This document shows positions 22,702 to 24,000 of a stretch of DNA of 24,000 nt, piece after piece. The translations under genes were made by a program, and so were the position numbers. The notes below the pieces were generated by a model, which had not been told where the DNA came from, searched no databases, and was given only the letters and a program-made list of their open reading frames with translations. Where the stretch lies: contig JACQFZ010000027.1 in the NCBI GenBank assembly GCA_016199745.1, positions 35,812 to 59,811 on the forward strand. The letters are read 5' to 3'. The DNA comes from Gammaproteobacteria bacterium. GTDB taxonomy: Bacteria; Pseudomonadota; Gammaproteobacteria; Acidiferrobacterales; Sulfurifustaceae. Position 1 is the stretch's first letter, and each line of letters starts with the position of its first letter.

Positions 22702-24000
22702 ATGAGCACACTCTCGGCCGACGCCCTGAACACCCTTTGCGCCTGCAGCACGGTGCCACGCGACAGCCTGCGCGCCGAGCTCGATCGCGCCAGCGGCGAG
22801 ACCGGTTTCTACGACGGCGCCATCGCCACGCGGCCGCACCTATTTTCCGAGTCGGCGGTGTTCTTATCGCAATCTCATCTCGACGGCATCGTTGCGCTGG
22901 TCGGTGCGGTCGAGGCGGTTACCGCTCTGCCGGCGTATCGCGACGCCATCCGTCAATGGATGCCGGCGATCGCGACGCACGAGTTCGGTCCGCTCGGCGC
23001 ATTCCTCGGCTACGATTTTCATCTCACGTCTGACGGCCCGCGGTTAATCGAGATCAATACCAACCCCGGCGGTGCACTGTTGAACGCCAGCCTGGCGCGC
23101 GCCCACCGCGCCTGCTGTCCGGTGCTCGAACCGTACGTGCCATCGGCGAATACGCAAACGCCGGAAGATTTATTTGTCGAGATGTTCCGCAACGAATGGC
23201 GTCGGCAACGCGGCGACGCCCGGCTCGAGCACGTCGCCATTATCGACGAATCGCCATCGAGTCAATTTCTCGAACCGGAGTTCCGCCTATTCGCGCATCT
23301 GTTCGCGCAACACGGCATGGTGGCGGCGATCGTCGATTCGCGCGAGCTCGACTGGCACGAGAATCGTCTGTGGTACGCGCGCGATCCGATCGATCTGGTG
23401 TACAACCGCCTGACCGACTTCGCGCTCGAAGAAAACGAAAACATCCGCGACGCTTATCTCGCCGGTAGCATCGTGTTGACGCCGCATCCGCGCGCGCATG
23501 CGCTCTACGCCGATAAACGTAATCTCACGCTGCTCAGCAATCCGGCGCAACTGCGCGCCTGGGGCGTACCGGCGGAACAGGTGGCGATTCTACAAGCGGG
23601 CATTCCACCGACGCGCCGCGTCGAACGCGGCGATGCCGACGCGCTCTGGGCCGAACGGCGTCAATTGTTTTTCAAACCGGCGACCGGTTATGGCAGCAAA
23701 GCCAGCTATCGCGGCGACAAACTAACGCGCGGTGTGTGGGAGCAAATTCTACGCGGCGAATACGTCGCCCAAGCGCAGGTGGCACCGAGCGTGCGTCGCA
23801 TCAGCAGTGCACCAGACGTATTGTTAAAACTCGATGTGCGGGCGTACGTCTACGCCGGCCATTTGCAATTGCTGGCGGCGCGACTGTATCAAGGACAGAC
23901 AACTAACTTTCGCACACCGGGCGGCGGCTTCGCGCCGGTATATGTATTGCCGGATGACATGCCGTTGCCGGACGTTGTGAGCGGCTGTCCGACCGATTAA
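22702..24000 (+). CDS. Hypothetical protein, possibly of the ATP-grasp superfamily (circularly-permuted / glutathionylspermidine-synthase-like type)
   Basis: 432-aa ORF whose stop is the last codon of the window. The segment GAFLGYDFHLTSDGPRLIEINTNPGGALLNA resembles the 'RxDF...dG.lk.lE.NtdsP.G' strand-loop of circularly permuted ATP-grasp enzymes. Later segments (LVYNRLTDF..., HALYADKRNL, LFFKPATGYGSKASY) are compatible with nucleotide-binding strands. The assignment is tentative. Confidence 0.4.
   Translation: MSTLSADALNTLCACSTVPRDSLRAELDRASGETGFYDGAIATRPHLFSESAVFLSQSHLDGIVALVGAVEAVTALPAYRDAIRQWMPAIATHEFGPLGAFLGYDFHLTSDGPRLIEINTNPGGALLNASLARAHRACCPVLEPYVPSANTQTPEDLFVEMFRNEWRRQRGDARLEHVAIIDESPSSQFLEPEFRLFAHLFAQHGMVAAIVDSRELDWHENRLWYARDPIDLVYNRLTDFALEENENIRDAYLAGSIVLTPHPRAHALYADKRNLTLLSNPAQLRAWGVPAEQVAILQAGIPPTRRVERGDADALWAERRQLFFKPATGYGSKASYRGDKLTRGVWEQILRGEYVAQAQVAPSVRRISSAPDVLLKLDVRAYVYAGHLQLLAARLYQGQTTNFRTPGGGFAPVYVLPDDMPLPDVVSGCPTD

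Noticed and set aside
22645-22839. The 64-aa minus-strand ORF spanning the right repeat and the start of the ATP-grasp-like gene.
   Set aside because: It is antisense to a long, well-supported ORF and to the repeat, and its Gly/Ala-rich composition is typical of shadow ORFs in GC-rich DNA.
1-24000. A window-wide look for CRISPR arrays, rRNA/tRNA genes, long tandem repeats and IS elements.
   Set aside because: I saw no regularly spaced repeats, no rRNA- or tRNA-like sequences and no transposase-like ORFs. The only significant long repeat is the phoR-terminus duplication reported above.

Overview
This window looks like a moderately GC-rich gammaproteobacterial chromosome segment made mostly of conserved housekeeping genes. 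The left end carries part of an MSHA-like type IV pilus or type II secretion module: a GspF-family platform protein, then an MshE-type ATPase with a tandem MshEN c-di-GMP-binding motif. Upstream of these sits a large Wzy_C (O-antigen-ligase-like) membrane protein with a TPR tail. Next come trmL, then a tightly overlapping mrcB (PBP1B) / TPR lipoprotein / TrpD-like paralogue trio. After that is the classic rhodanese-grxC-secB-gpsA cluster, then gpmA-envC-ctpA, an uncharacterised outer-membrane protein, the DUF971-ubiE-ubiJ-ubiB operon, and phoB-phoR. The most unusual structure is at about 21.6-22.7 kb. The last 76 bp of phoR, including its stop codon, recur 915 bp downstream with only 2 mismatches. 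The two copies bracket a visibly AT-richer islet. The islet holds an apparently intact VapC/PIN toxin gene preceded only by the C-terminal stub of a Phd/VapB-type antitoxin, and no recombinase. I interpret this as a decayed or cis-mobilisable integrative element that targeted the 3' end of phoR. The window ends with a 432-aa ATP-grasp-like protein of unknown function. I saw no rRNA, tRNA, CRISPR array or IS element. All family assignments rest on motifs read by eye from the translations; no database search was run.
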